From assembly GCF_003334355.1 (NCBI RefSeq), contig NZ_QOWP01000003.1: 64,000 nt of DNA; one strand, 5' to 3'. Position 1 is the stretch's first letter. The number at the start of each line of letters is the position of its first letter. The translations under genes were made by a program, and so were the position numbers. This document shows positions 22,555-33,819 of the stretch, in pieces. This stretch comes from Escherichia coli. Lineage in GTDB: Bacteria > Pseudomonadota > Gammaproteobacteria > Enterobacterales > Enterobacteriaceae. The notes beneath the pieces are model-generated. The model saw only the letters and a program-made list of their open reading frames with translations, made no database searches and was not told the DNA's origin.

Positions 22555-22690
22555 GAGAGGGAATGTGCGCGCTGGCCCCCTCACCCTAACCCTCTCCCCA
22601 GAGGGGCGAGGGGACCGATTGTGCTCGATATTGAATATTGCGCTCGTTTTCTCCCTCTCCCCATTGGGGTGAGGGGCGATGCCTGCTCCA
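22555..22690. repeat. Two GC-rich imperfect palindromic elements (cccctcaccc...ggggtgagggg type), box C-like
   Basis: ccctcaccctaaccctctccccagaggggcgaggggacc and ctccctctccccattggggtgaggggcg read directly; family assignment is from memory and uncertain. Confidence 0.5.
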
Positions 22691-22699
22691 TACCCAACC

Positions 22700-23029
22700 T
22701 CATCGCCCATACTCATCTTCCATTCTCCGCTCTTCATCCTCCAGTTGCCGACGCTCCTGATCAAGCTGGCGCTGGCGATCGTCCAGCTGCCTGCGGCGAT
22801 CTTCAAACTGGCGGCGGCGGTCGTCATATTGTCTGCGCCGATCGTCGCTCACTTCACGCTGCCAGCCGTCGTCGCGCGAATCTTCATAGTCTCGCCCACG
22901 GTCAGGGTTATAAGCGTCATTAATCGCCTGCTGAATATTGCCAATGGTGTCGTCGATAATATCGGCCTGGGCCGGAACGGTGGACAGCGTGAGCAGGGTG
23001 AATAAAAGAAATAGCGGAAAGCGTTTCAT
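22700..23029 (-). CDS. yjdP: Secreted, highly charged repeat protein YjdP
   Basis: 109 aa; signal peptide MKRFPLFLLFTLLTLSTVPAQA then Arg/Asp/Gln-rich decapeptide-like repeats (DDRRRQYDDRRRQFEDRRRQLDDRQRQLD). Confidence 0.85.
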   Translation of the reverse strand: MKRFPLFLLFTLLTLSTVPAQADIIDDTIGNIQQAINDAYNPDRGRDYEDSRDDGWQREVSDDRRRQYDDRRRQFEDRRRQLDDRQRQLDQERRQLEDEERRMEDEYGR

Positions 23030-23097
23030 TAGCCAACCTCAAAAAGAAACTCTATCCACATTAATCATTACTCATCCATGCAAGTAGTGGATGAATC

Positions 23098-23547
23098 TCA
23101 ATTTCTCCGCTGCTCTATTGCCGTAATCGCCTCCACGCGTTGTTGATGACGACCGCCTTCGTACTGTGCGCCCAGCCACGCATCCACAATCATTTTTGCC
23201 AGTTCGAGGCCAACCACTCGTGAACCAAAAGCCAGCACGTTGGTGTCGTTATGCTGCCGCGAAAGTTGCGCGGAATAAGGTTCGCTACAGACGACCGCGC
23301 GAATTCCGGCAAACTTGTTCGCCGCTATCGAAATACCGACGCCAGTACCACAAATCAAAATCCCGCCATCAACCTCTCCGCCAGCAACAGCCAGTGCGAC
23401 TTGACTGGCGTAATGTGGATAATCAGTACGCTCTGACGACCAGGTTCCTTTATCAATCACTTCAACGCCACGCTCAACTAAATGTGCCACTATTTCATGT
23501 TTTAAAATGAAACCGACATGATCACAGCCAAATGCAATCTTTTTCAT
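23098..23547 (-). CDS. rpiB: Ribose-5-phosphate isomerase B / allose-6-phosphate isomerase
   Basis: 149 aa MKKIAFGCDHVGFILKHEIVAHLVERGVEVIDKG; RpiB/LacAB family. Confidence 0.95.
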   Translation of the reverse strand: MKKIAFGCDHVGFILKHEIVAHLVERGVEVIDKGTWSSERTDYPHYASQVALAVAGGEVDGGILICGTGVGISIAANKFAGIRAVVCSEPYSAQLSRQHNDTNVLAFGSRVVGLELAKMIVDAWLGAQYEGGRHQQRVEAITAIEQRRN

Positions 23548-23905
23548 TCATCTTCCCCGTCCGTGCAAAACTTCACAATCAAAAAACATTTGTGATGTTA
23601 ATGAATTAAAAACACCCAAAATCGATGAATTACGCCTTCCTGATCTGTTTTACAGAGTTACATCTGACAGCGCAATAGCGTTAAAGACACTCACCATCCA
23701 GCAACATCTATCATCTAAAAAACCAGAAAAACAAATAACATCATGTTTTTAAACTAATTAAATGAAATAAAATTTTAAGCCACTCGCCATTGTTCACAAT
23801 AAAATAAACTTTATAAATTTTATTTTTTTGTGAAGTCGCCAGCATCTTTTCTGTTCTTGCTGTGGTGATATAGTGGCGTCTTCAATTCAAGGACAAGAGA
23901 ACGTG

Positions 23906-24796
23906 ATGAGCCAGTCAGAGTTTGATTCAGCGCTTCCGAACGGTATAGGGTTAGCGCCTTACCTGCGAATGAAGCAGGAAGGAATGACAGAAAATGAAAG
24001 CCGCATCGTGGAGTGGTTACTCAAACCCGGTAACCTGAGTTGTGCACCCGCAATTAAAGATGTCGCAGAAGCTCTGGCGGTATCTGAAGCGATGATAGTT
24101 AAGGTATCAAAGCTGCTGGGGTTTAGCGGCTTTCGTAACTTACGCAGTGCGCTGGAAGATTATTTTTCTCAGTCAGAACAGGTATTGCCTTCCGAGTTGG
24201 CTTTTGATGAAGCGCCGCAGGATGTGGTGAATAAGGTATTTAACATCACTTTACGCACCATTATGGAAGGTCAGTCGATCGTCAACGTTGATGAGATCCA
24301 CCGTGCCGCCCGCTTTTTCTATCAGGCCAGACAGCGGGATTTGTACGGTGCCGGAGGATCAAATGCTATCTGTGCTGATGTACAGCACAAGTTCTTGCGC
24401 ATTGGCGTACGCTGTCAGGCCTATCCTGATGCTCACATCATGATGATGTCCGCTTCGTTGTTACAGGAAGGAGATGTTGTGCTGGTAGTGACCCATTCCG
24501 GGCGAACCAGTGATGTAAAAGCGGCCGTAGAACTGGCAAAAAAGAACGGGGCAAAGATTATTTGTATAACCCATAGCTACCATTCACCGATAGCGAAACT
24601 GGCCGATTATATTATTTGCTCACCAGCCCCGGAAACGCCGTTATTAGGTCGTAATGCCTCGGCAAGAATATTACAACTAACTTTGCTGGACGCTTTTTTT
24701 GTCTCTGTCGCCCAGCTCAACATTGAACAAGCTAATATTAATATGCAAAAAACCGGCGCAATTGTTGATTTCTTCTCACCAGGCGCGCTGAAATAA
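23906..24796 (+). CDS. alsR: RpiR-family transcriptional repressor of rpiB/als operon
   Basis: 296 aa from MSQSEFDSALPNG; HTH plus SIS domain; ORF-track start 23873 is an upstream extension. Confidence 0.9.
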   Translation: MSQSEFDSALPNGIGLAPYLRMKQEGMTENESRIVEWLLKPGNLSCAPAIKDVAEALAVSEAMIVKVSKLLGFSGFRNLRSALEDYFSQSEQVLPSELAFDEAPQDVVNKVFNITLRTIMEGQSIVNVDEIHRAARFFYQARQRDLYGAGGSNAICADVQHKFLRIGVRCQAYPDAHIMMMSASLLQEGDVVLVVTHSGRTSDVKAAVELAKKNGAKIICITHSYHSPIAKLADYIICSPAPETPLLGRNASARILQLTLLDAFFVSVAQLNIEQANINMQKTGAIVDFFSPGALK

Positions 24797-24854
24797 GAAA
24801 AAGGTAATTCCGCCATCGCGGAGTTACCTGTCCCCTTACCGTGAGAACATTATT

Positions 24855-25790
24855 ATGAATAAATATCTGAAATATTTCAGCGGCACACTCGTGGGCTTAA
24901 TGTTGTCAACCAGCGCTTTTGCTGCCGCCGAATATGCTGTCGTATTGAAAACCCTCTCCAACCCATTTTGGGTAGATATGAAAAAAGGCATTGAAGATGA
25001 AGCAAAAACACTGGGCGTCAGCGTTGATATTTTTGCCTCTCCTTCAGAAGGCGATTTTCAATCTCAATTGCAGTTATTTGAAGATCTCAGTAATAAAAAT
25101 TACAAAGGTATCGCCTTCGCTCCATTATCCTCAGTGAATCTGGTCATGCCTGTCGCCCGCGCATGGAAAAAAGGCATTTATCTGGTTAATCTCGATGAAA
25201 AAATCGACATGGATAATCTGAAAAAAGCTGGCGGCAATGTGGAAGCTTTTGTCACCACCGATAACGTTGCTGTCGGGGCGAAAGGCGCGTCGTTCATTAT
25301 TGACAAATTGGGCGCTGAAGGTGGTGAAGTCGCAATCATTGAGGGTAAAGCCGGTAACGCCTCCGGTGAAGCGCGTCGTAATGGTGCCACCGAAGCCTTC
25401 AAAAAAGCAAGCCAGATCAAGCTTGTCGCCAGCCAGCCTGCCGACTGGGACCGCATTAAAGCACTGGATGTCGCCACTAACGTGTTGCAACGTAATCCGA
25501 ATATTAAAGCGATCTATTGCGCGAATGACACGATGGCAATGGGTGTTGCTCAGGCAGTCGCAAACGCCGGAAAAACGGGAAAAGTGCTGGTCGTCGGTAC
25601 AGATGGCATTCCGGAAGCCCGCAAAATGGTGGAAGCCGGACAAATGACCGCGACGGTTGCCCAGAACCCGGCGGATATCGGCGCAACGGGTCTGAAGCTG
25701 ATGGTTGACGCTGAGAAATCCGGCAAGGTTATCCCGCTGGATAAAGCACCGGAATTTAAACTGGTCGATTCAATCCTGGTCACTCAATAA
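24855..25790 (+). CDS. alsB: D-allose ABC transporter periplasmic binding protein
   Basis: 311 aa with signal peptide; sugar-binding protein fold. Confidence 0.95.
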   Translation: MNKYLKYFSGTLVGLMLSTSAFAAAEYAVVLKTLSNPFWVDMKKGIEDEAKTLGVSVDIFASPSEGDFQSQLQLFEDLSNKNYKGIAFAPLSSVNLVMPVARAWKKGIYLVNLDEKIDMDNLKKAGGNVEAFVTTDNVAVGAKGASFIIDKLGAEGGEVAIIEGKAGNASGEARRNGATEAFKKASQIKLVASQPADWDRIKALDVATNVLQRNPNIKAIYCANDTMAMGVAQAVANAGKTGKVLVVGTDGIPEARKMVEAGQMTATVAQNPADIGATGLKLMVDAEKSGKVIPLDKAPEFKLVDSILVTQ

Positions 25791-25802
25791 AACTGAATGA
25801 TG

Positions 25803-25878
25803 CCGGATGATGATGCTAATGAAGTGTCTTATCCGGCCAACAAAATAACCTGAACGTAGACCTGATAAATGTAGCCAT
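25803..25878. repeat. Degenerate REP-like palindromes between alsB and alsA
   Basis: gccggatgatgatgc...cttatccggc and cctgataaatgtagccatcagg inverted repeats. Confidence 0.5.
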
Positions 25879-25916
25879 CAGGCAATAATACGATATTTCG
25901 TGCAGAGAGGTTATTT

Positions 25917-27449
25917 ATGGCCACGCCATATATATCGATGGCGGGGATCGGCAAGTCCTTTGGTCCGGTTCACGCATTAAAGTCGGTTAATTTAACGGTT
26001 TATCCTGGTGAAATACATGCATTACTAGGAGAAAATGGCGCGGGTAAATCCACGCTAATGAAAGTTTTATCCGGAATACATGAGCCGACCAAAGGCACCA
26101 TTACCATTAATAACATTAGCTATAACAAGCTGGATCATAAATTAGCGGCACAACTCGGTATCGGGATTATTTATCAGGAACTCAGCGTTATTGATGAATT
26201 AACCGTACTGGAAAATTTATATATTGGTCGTCATCTGACGAAAAAAATCTGTGGCGTCAATATTATCGACTGGCGAGAAATGCGTGTCCGCGCCGCCATG
26301 ATGTTATTACGCGTGGGCTTGAAAGTTGATCTAGATGAGAAAGTGGCGAATTTATCTATCAGCCACAAGCAGATGCTAGAAATTGCCAAAACGCTGATGC
26401 TCGATGCCAAAGTCATCATCATGGATGAACCCACCTCCTCACTCACCAATAAAGAGGTGGACTATCTGTTTCTGATCATGAATCAGTTGCGTAAAGAGGG
26501 TACGGCCATCGTCTATATCTCGCATAAGTTGGCGGAAATTCGCCGTATTTGCGACCGCTATACGGTGATGAAAGACGGCAGCAGCGTTTGCAGCGGCATA
26601 GTAAGCGATGTGTCAAATGACGATATCGTCCGTCTGATGGTAGGCCGCGAACTGCAAAACCGTTTTAACGCGATGAAGGAGAATGTCAGCAACCTTGCGC
26701 ACGAAACGGTTTTTGAGGTGCGGAACGTCACCAGTCGTGACAGAAAAAAGGTCCGGGATATCTCATTTAGCGTCTGCCGGGGAGAAATATTAGGCTTTGC
26801 CGGACTGGTCGGTTCCGGACGTACTGAACTGATGAATTGTCTGTTTGGCGTGGATAAACGCGCTGGCGGAGAAATCCGTCTTAATGGCAAAGATATCTCT
26901 CCACGTTCACCCCTGGATGCCGTGAAAAAAGGGATGGCTTACATCACTGAAAGCCGCCGGGATAACGGTTTTTTCCCCAACTTTTCCATCGCTCAGAACA
27001 TGGCGATCAGCCGCAGTCTGAAAGACGGCGGCTATAAAGGCGCGATGGGCTTGTTTCATGAAGTTGACGAGCAACGTACCGCTGAAAATCAACGCGAACT
27101 GCTGGCGCTGAAATGTCATTCGGTAAACCAGAATATCACCGAACTCTCCGGGGGAAATCAGCAGAAAGTCCTGATCTCCAAATGGCTGTGCTGTTGCCCG
27201 GAAGTGATTATTTTCGATGAACCTACCCGCGGCATCGACGTTGGCGCGAAAGCCGAAATTTACAAAGTGATGCGCCAACTGGCGGACGACGGAAAAGTCA
27301 TCCTGATGGTGTCATCTGAACTACCTGAAATTATCACCATCTGCGACCGCATCGCCGTGTTCTGCGAAGGACGACTGACGCAAATCCTGACGAATCGCGA
27401 TGACATGAGCGAAGAGGAGATTATGGCATGGGCTTTACCACAAGAGTAA
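25917..27449 (+). CDS. alsA: D-allose ABC transporter ATP-binding protein (duplicated ABC domains)
   Basis: 510 aa; Walker A GENGAGKST and second ABC domain. Confidence 0.95.
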   Translation: MATPYISMAGIGKSFGPVHALKSVNLTVYPGEIHALLGENGAGKSTLMKVLSGIHEPTKGTITINNISYNKLDHKLAAQLGIGIIYQELSVIDELTVLENLYIGRHLTKKICGVNIIDWREMRVRAAMMLLRVGLKVDLDEKVANLSISHKQMLEIAKTLMLDAKVIIMDEPTSSLTNKEVDYLFLIMNQLRKEGTAIVYISHKLAEIRRICDRYTVMKDGSSVCSGIVSDVSNDDIVRLMVGRELQNRFNAMKENVSNLAHETVFEVRNVTSRDRKKVRDISFSVCRGEILGFAGLVGSGRTELMNCLFGVDKRAGGEIRLNGKDISPRSPLDAVKKGMAYITESRRDNGFFPNFSIAQNMAISRSLKDGGYKGAMGLFHEVDEQRTAENQRELLALKCHSVNQNITELSGGNQQKVLISKWLCCCPEVIIFDEPTRGIDVGAKAEIYKVMRQLADDGKVILMVSSELPEIITICDRIAVFCEGRLTQILTNRDDMSEEEIMAWALPQE

Positions 27450-28408
27450 AAAGCGAAGCGAGCGAGAAGAAACCGTTCAACTTTGCGCTGTTCTGGGATA
27501 AATACGGCACCTTTTTTATCCTGGCGATCATCGTCGCCATCTTTGGTTCGCTGTCACCAGAATATTTTCTGACCACCAATAATATTACCCAGATTTTTGT
27601 TCAAAGCTCCGTGACGGTATTGATCGGCATGGGCGAGTTTTTCGCTATCCTGGTCGCTGGTATCGACCTCTCGGTTGGCGCGATTCTGGCGCTTTCCGGT
27701 ATGGTGACCGCCAAACTGATGTTGGCAGGTGTTGACCCGTTTCTCGCAGCGATGATTGGCGGTGTACTGGTTGGCGGCGCACTGGGGGCGATCAACGGCT
27801 GCCTGGTCAACTGGACGGGGCTACACCCGTTCATCATCACCCTTGGCACCAACGCGATTTTCCGTGGGATCACGCTGGTGATCTCCGATGCCAACTCGGT
27901 ATACGGCTTCTCATTTGACTTCGTGAACTTCTTTGCCGCCAGCGTAATTGGGATACCTGTCCCCGTTATCTTCTCACTAATTGTCGCGCTCATCCTTTGG
28001 TTTCTGACAACGCGTATGCGGCTCGGGCGCAACATCTACGCACTGGGCGGCAACAAAAATTCGGCGTTCTATTCCGGGATTGACGTGAAATTCCACATCC
28101 TGGTGGTGTTTATCATCTCCGGTGTTTGTGCAGGTCTGGCAGGCGTCGTCTCAACTGCACGACTCGGTGCCGCAGAACCGCTTGCCGGTATGGGTTTTGA
28201 AACCTATGCCATTGCCAGCGCCATCATTGGCGGCACCAGTTTCTTCGGCGGCAAGGGGCGCATTTTCTCTGTGGTGATTGGCGGGTTGATCATCGGCACC
28301 ATCAACAACGGTCTGAATATTTTGCAGGTACAAACCTATTACCAACTGGTGGTGATGGGCGGATTAATTATCGCGGCTGTCGCCCTTGACCGTCTTATCA
28401 GTAAGTAA
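27428..28408 (+). CDS. alsC: D-allose ABC transporter permease
   Basis: 326 aa polytopic membrane protein; start overlaps alsA 3' end. Confidence 0.93.
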   Translation: MGFTTRVKSEASEKKPFNFALFWDKYGTFFILAIIVAIFGSLSPEYFLTTNNITQIFVQSSVTVLIGMGEFFAILVAGIDLSVGAILALSGMVTAKLMLAGVDPFLAAMIGGVLVGGALGAINGCLVNWTGLHPFIITLGTNAIFRGITLVISDANSVYGFSFDFVNFFAASVIGIPVPVIFSLIVALILWFLTTRMRLGRNIYALGGNKNSAFYSGIDVKFHILVVFIISGVCAGLAGVVSTARLGAAEPLAGMGFETYAIASAIIGGTSFFGGKGRIFSVVIGGLIIGTINNGLNILQVQTYYQLVVMGGLIIAAVALDRLISK

Positions 28409-28418
28409 GGAATTGAAC

Positions 28419-30027
<1,609 letters not shown>

Positions 30028-30299
30028 GTAAAACGTTGGCACAGTAGCGCAATGTCCCGCTGTGCCAACGACAGGTACAATATATATAATAAACACATAA
30101 AACGACTCATATTATTTTCTGCAATGATAGTTTTACTGTAATTTTCCCTCTTCAGCACAAATGCCTAATAAAATGGCGCGTTCCGCTCACACTTCCACTT
30201 ATTAAAGTCGCAATTTCCCAATTATGATAACGCCAGCTTTAAATGACGTATTTTGCATGGATTACATATTTACGACATAAATGATAAATGGAGATTTAT

Positions 30300-32285
30300 A
30301 TGAATAACTCTCGGTTATTCCGTTTGAGCAGGATTGTTATTGCGTTAACTGCCGCCAGCGGCATGATGGTAAATACCGCTAACGCGAAAGAGGAAGCGAA
30401 AGCCGCCACTCAATATACCCAACAGGTTAATCAGAATTACGCCAAATCATTACCGTTTAGCGATCGTCAGGATTTTGACGATGCCCAGCGTGGATTTATC
30501 GCCCCGCTGCTGGATGAAGGTATTCTGCGTGATGCGAACGGTAAAGTTTACTACCGCGCGGACGATTACAAATTTGATATTAATGCCGCAGCGCCGGAAA
30601 CCGTAAACCCCAGCCTGTGGCGTCAGTCGCAAATCAACGGTATTTCTGGCCTGTTCAAAGTCACCGATAAAATGTATCAGGTGCGCGGCCAGGATATCTC
30701 TAACATTACGTTCGTTGAGGGCGAGAAAGGCATTATTGTTATCGACCCGCTGGTGACGCCGCCTGCCGCAAAAGCCGCACTTGACCTTTACTTCCAGCAT
30801 CGTCCGCAAAAACCGATTGTTGCCGTTATCTACACTCACAGCCACACCGACCACTATGGTGGCGTGAAAGGCATTATCTCTGAAGCCGATGTTAAATCCG
30901 GCAAAGTTCAGGTGATTGCCCCTGCAGGCTTTATGGACGAAGCCATCAGCGAAAACGTGCTGGCGGGTAACATCATGAGCCGCCGTGCGCTCTACTCTTA
31001 CGGTCTGTTACTGCCGCACAACGCGCAAGGCAACGTGGGTAATGGCCTTGGCGTGACGCTGGCAACGGGCGACCCGAGCATTATTGCACCGACTAAAACT
31101 ATCGTCCGAACTGGCGAGAAGATGATTATCGACGGCCTGGAGTTTGACTTCCTGATGACCCCAGGTAGCGAAGCGCCAGCCGAAATGCACTTCTATATTC
31201 CGGCCCTGAAAGCCCTGTGTACCGCCGAGAACGCCACGCATACCCTGCACAACTTCTACACTCTACGCGGCGCGAAAACCCGCGACACCAGCAAGTGGAC
31301 CGAGTATCTGAACGAAACGCTGGATATGTGGGGTAACGACGCGGAAGTCCTGTTTATGCCGCACACCTGGCCGGTCTGGGGCAATAAGCATATCAATGAT
31401 TATATTGGTAAATATCGCGATACTATCAAGTACATTCACGACCAGACCCTGCACCTGGCGAACCAGGGCTACACCATGAATGAAATCGGCGACATGATTA
31501 AGCTGCCGCCTGCACTTGCCAATAACTGGGCCAGCCGTGGCTATTACGGTTCTGTCAGCCACAACGCCCGCGCGGTGTATAACTTCTATCTTGGCTATTA
31601 CGACGGTAACCCGGCTAACCTGCATCCGTATGGTCAGGTGGAGATGGGTAAACGTTACGTGCAGGCGCTGGGCGGTTCTGCCCGTGTCATCAACCTGGCG
31701 CAAGAAGCGAACAAGCAAGGTGATTACCGCTGGTCGGCAGAACTGCTGAAACAGGTGATTGCCGCCAACCCGGGTGACCAGGTCGCGAAGAATCTGCAAG
31801 CGAATAACTTTGAACAGCTGGGCTATCAGGCCGAGTCCGCCACCTGGCGCGGTTTCTACCTGACCGGCGCGAAAGAGCTGCGCGAAGGGGTGCATAAGTT
31901 CAGCCACGGCACCACCGGTTCCCCGGACACCATTCGCGGGATGTCGGTCGAAATGCTGTTCGACTTTATGTCCGTTCGCCTCGATAGCGCGAAAGCCGCG
32001 GGTAAAAATATCAGCCTGAACTTCAATATGGGCAACGGCGATAACCTCAACCTGACGCTGAACGATAGTGTGCTTAACTACCGGAAAACGCTGCAACCGC
32101 AAGCCAACGCCTCTTTCTACATCAGCCGTGAAGATCTGCACGCCGTGCTGACCGGACAGGCAAAAATGGCGGATCTGGTAAAAGCGAAGAAAGCCAAAAT
32201 TATTGGCAATGGCGCGAAACTGGAAGAAATTATTGCCTGTCTGGATAATTTCGATTTGTGGGTGAATATCGTAACCCCAAATTAA
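30300..32285 (+). CDS. yjcS: Alkyl/aryl-sulfatase, metallo-beta-lactamase fold (YjcS)
   Basis: 661 aa from [21 protein letters not shown] (signal peptide); HSHTDHYGG metal-binding motif. Confidence 0.9.
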   Translation: MNNSRLFRLSRIVIALTAASGMMVNTANAKEEAKAATQYTQQVNQNYAKSLPFSDRQDFDDAQRGFIAPLLDEGILRDANGKVYYRADDYKFDINAAAPETVNPSLWRQSQINGISGLFKVTDKMYQVRGQDISNITFVEGEKGIIVIDPLVTPPAAKAALDLYFQHRPQKPIVAVIYTHSHTDHYGGVKGIISEADVKSGKVQVIAPAGFMDEAISENVLAGNIMSRRALYSYGLLLPHNAQGNVGNGLGVTLATGDPSIIAPTKTIVRTGEKMIIDGLEFDFLMTPGSEAPAEMHFYIPALKALCTAENATHTLHNFYTLRGAKTRDTSKWTEYLNETLDMWGNDAEVLFMPHTWPVWGNKHINDYIGKYRDTIKYIHDQTLHLANQGYTMNEIGDMIKLPPALANNWASRGYYGSVSHNARAVYNFYLGYYDGNPANLHPYGQVEMGKRYVQALGGSARVINLAQEANKQGDYRWSAELLKQVIAANPGDQVAKNLQANNFEQLGYQAESATWRGFYLTGAKELREGVHKFSHGTTGSPDTIRGMSVEMLFDFMSVRLDSAKAAGKNISLNFNMGNGDNLNLTLNDSVLNYRKTLQPQANASFYISREDLHAVLTGQAKMADLVKAKKAKIIGNGAKLEEIIACLDNFDLWVNIVTPN

Positions 32286-32291
32286 TGCCAC

Positions 32292-32332
32292 TCGCTTTTG
32301 GGGGCGCTGAAGCCCCCAAAAGCATTTATTTT
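32292..32332 (+). terminator. yjcS intrinsic terminator
   Basis: cttttgggggcgctgaagcccccaaaag hairpin followed by catttatttt. Confidence 0.65.
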
Positions 32333-32493
32333 AAAAATATATACAACCAATTAATACATAAAATATATAAGTTATGAATGCGGTGGCTGAATAAAGCTAT
32401 TTTTATTCATCAAGAAAATAGCCATACTGACGCCTTCAATGGATATTGATATTCACTACAGATATTGTTCGCAGCAGACAGGATGTATTTAAT

Positions 32494-32769
32494 ATGCCAA
32501 CAGTTCTCTCTCGCATGGCGATGCAACTCAAAAAAACAGCCTGGATAATTCCCGTCTTCATGGTTTCGGGATGCTCATTATCTCCGGCAATCCCGGTGAT
32601 CGGCGCTTATTATCCCAGCTGGTTTTTCTGCGCCATTGCCAGCCTTATTTTGACGCTCATCACGAGGCGAGTTATTCAGCGGGCAAATATCAATCTGGCA
32701 TTTGTCGGAATTATTTATACCGCCCTTTTTGCTCTCTACGCCATGCTGTTCTGGCTGGCATTTTTCTAA
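32494..32769 (+). CDS. ytcA: Small lipoprotein YtcA preceding mdtNOP
   Basis: 91 aa from MPTVLSRMAMQLKKTAWIIPVFMVSGCSL (lipobox) plus C-terminal TM helix. Confidence 0.8.
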   Translation: MPTVLSRMAMQLKKTAWIIPVFMVSGCSLSPAIPVIGAYYPSWFFCAIASLILTLITRRVIQRANINLAFVGIIYTALFALYAMLFWLAFF

Positions 32770-32787
32770 TCTATTTGAGACGCGCTC

Positions 32788-33819
32788 ATGGAAAGTACGC
32801 CGAAAAAAGCTCCTCGCAGTAAATTCCCTGCTCTGTTAGTGGTTGCGTTGGCGCTGGTTGCCCTTGTTTTCGTTATCTGGCGCGTAGACAGTGCGCCATC
32901 AACTAATGACGCTTACGCGTCAGCAGATACCATTGATGTGGTACCGGAAGTCAGCGGCCGCATTGTAGAACTGGCGGTCACCGACAACCAGGCAGTCAAA
33001 CAGGGCGATTTGCTGTTCCGCATCGACCCGCGCCCGTACGAAGCCAATCTGGCGAAAGCTGAAGCCTCCCTCGCGGCGCTGGATAAGCAAATTATGCTCA
33101 CCCAGCGTAGCGTTGACGCGCAACAGTTTGGTGCCGACTCGGTTAATGCCACGGTAGAAAAAGCCCGTGCCGCCGCGAAACAGGCCACAGATACATTACG
33201 CCGCACCGAGCCATTACTGAAAGAAGGTTTTGTCTCAGCGGAAGATGTTGACCGTGCAAGAACGGCGCAGCGCGCCGCAGAAGCGGATCTTAATGCCGTA
33301 TTGTTACAGGCGCAGTCAGCCGCCAGCGCCGTCAGCGGCGTGGATGCATTAGTTGCCCAGCGTGCGGCGGTCGAAGCGGATATTGCCCTGACCAAACTGC
33401 ATCTGGAAATGGCGACCGTTCGCGCGCCGTTTGATGGCCGGGTCATTTCCCTCAAAACCTCCGTCGGGCAATTTGCTTCTGCCATGCGCCCTATTTTTAC
33501 CCTAATCGACACTCGTCACTGGTATGTGATCGCCAACTTCCGCGAAACCGATCTGAAAAATATTCGCTCAGGTACACCCGCAACGATTCGCCTGATGAGT
33601 GACAGCGGCAAAACCTTCGAGGGTAAAGTGGATTCGATTGGCTACGGCGTGCTACCGGATGACGGCGGCCTGGTGCTGGGCGGCCTGCCGAAAGTGTCTC
33701 GTTCTATTAACTGGGTCCGCGTTGCCCAGCGTTTTCCGGTCAAAATCATGGTCGATAAACCTGACCCGGAAATGTTCCGCATCGGCGCTTCGGCAGTCGC
33801 TAATCTTGAGCCGCAATAA
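32788..33819 (+). CDS. mdtN: Efflux pump membrane fusion protein (HlyD/EmrA family)
   Basis: 343 aa; N-terminal TM anchor, coiled-coil and barrel-sandwich regions. Confidence 0.92.
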   Translation: MESTPKKAPRSKFPALLVVALALVALVFVIWRVDSAPSTNDAYASADTIDVVPEVSGRIVELAVTDNQAVKQGDLLFRIDPRPYEANLAKAEASLAALDKQIMLTQRSVDAQQFGADSVNATVEKARAAAKQATDTLRRTEPLLKEGFVSAEDVDRARTAQRAAEADLNAVLLQAQSAASAVSGVDALVAQRAAVEADIALTKLHLEMATVRAPFDGRVISLKTSVGQFASAMRPIFTLIDTRHWYVIANFRETDLKNIRSGTPATIRLMSDSGKTFEGKVDSIGYGVLPDDGGLVLGGLPKVSRSINWVRVAQRFPVKIMVDKPDPEMFRIGASAVANLEPQ

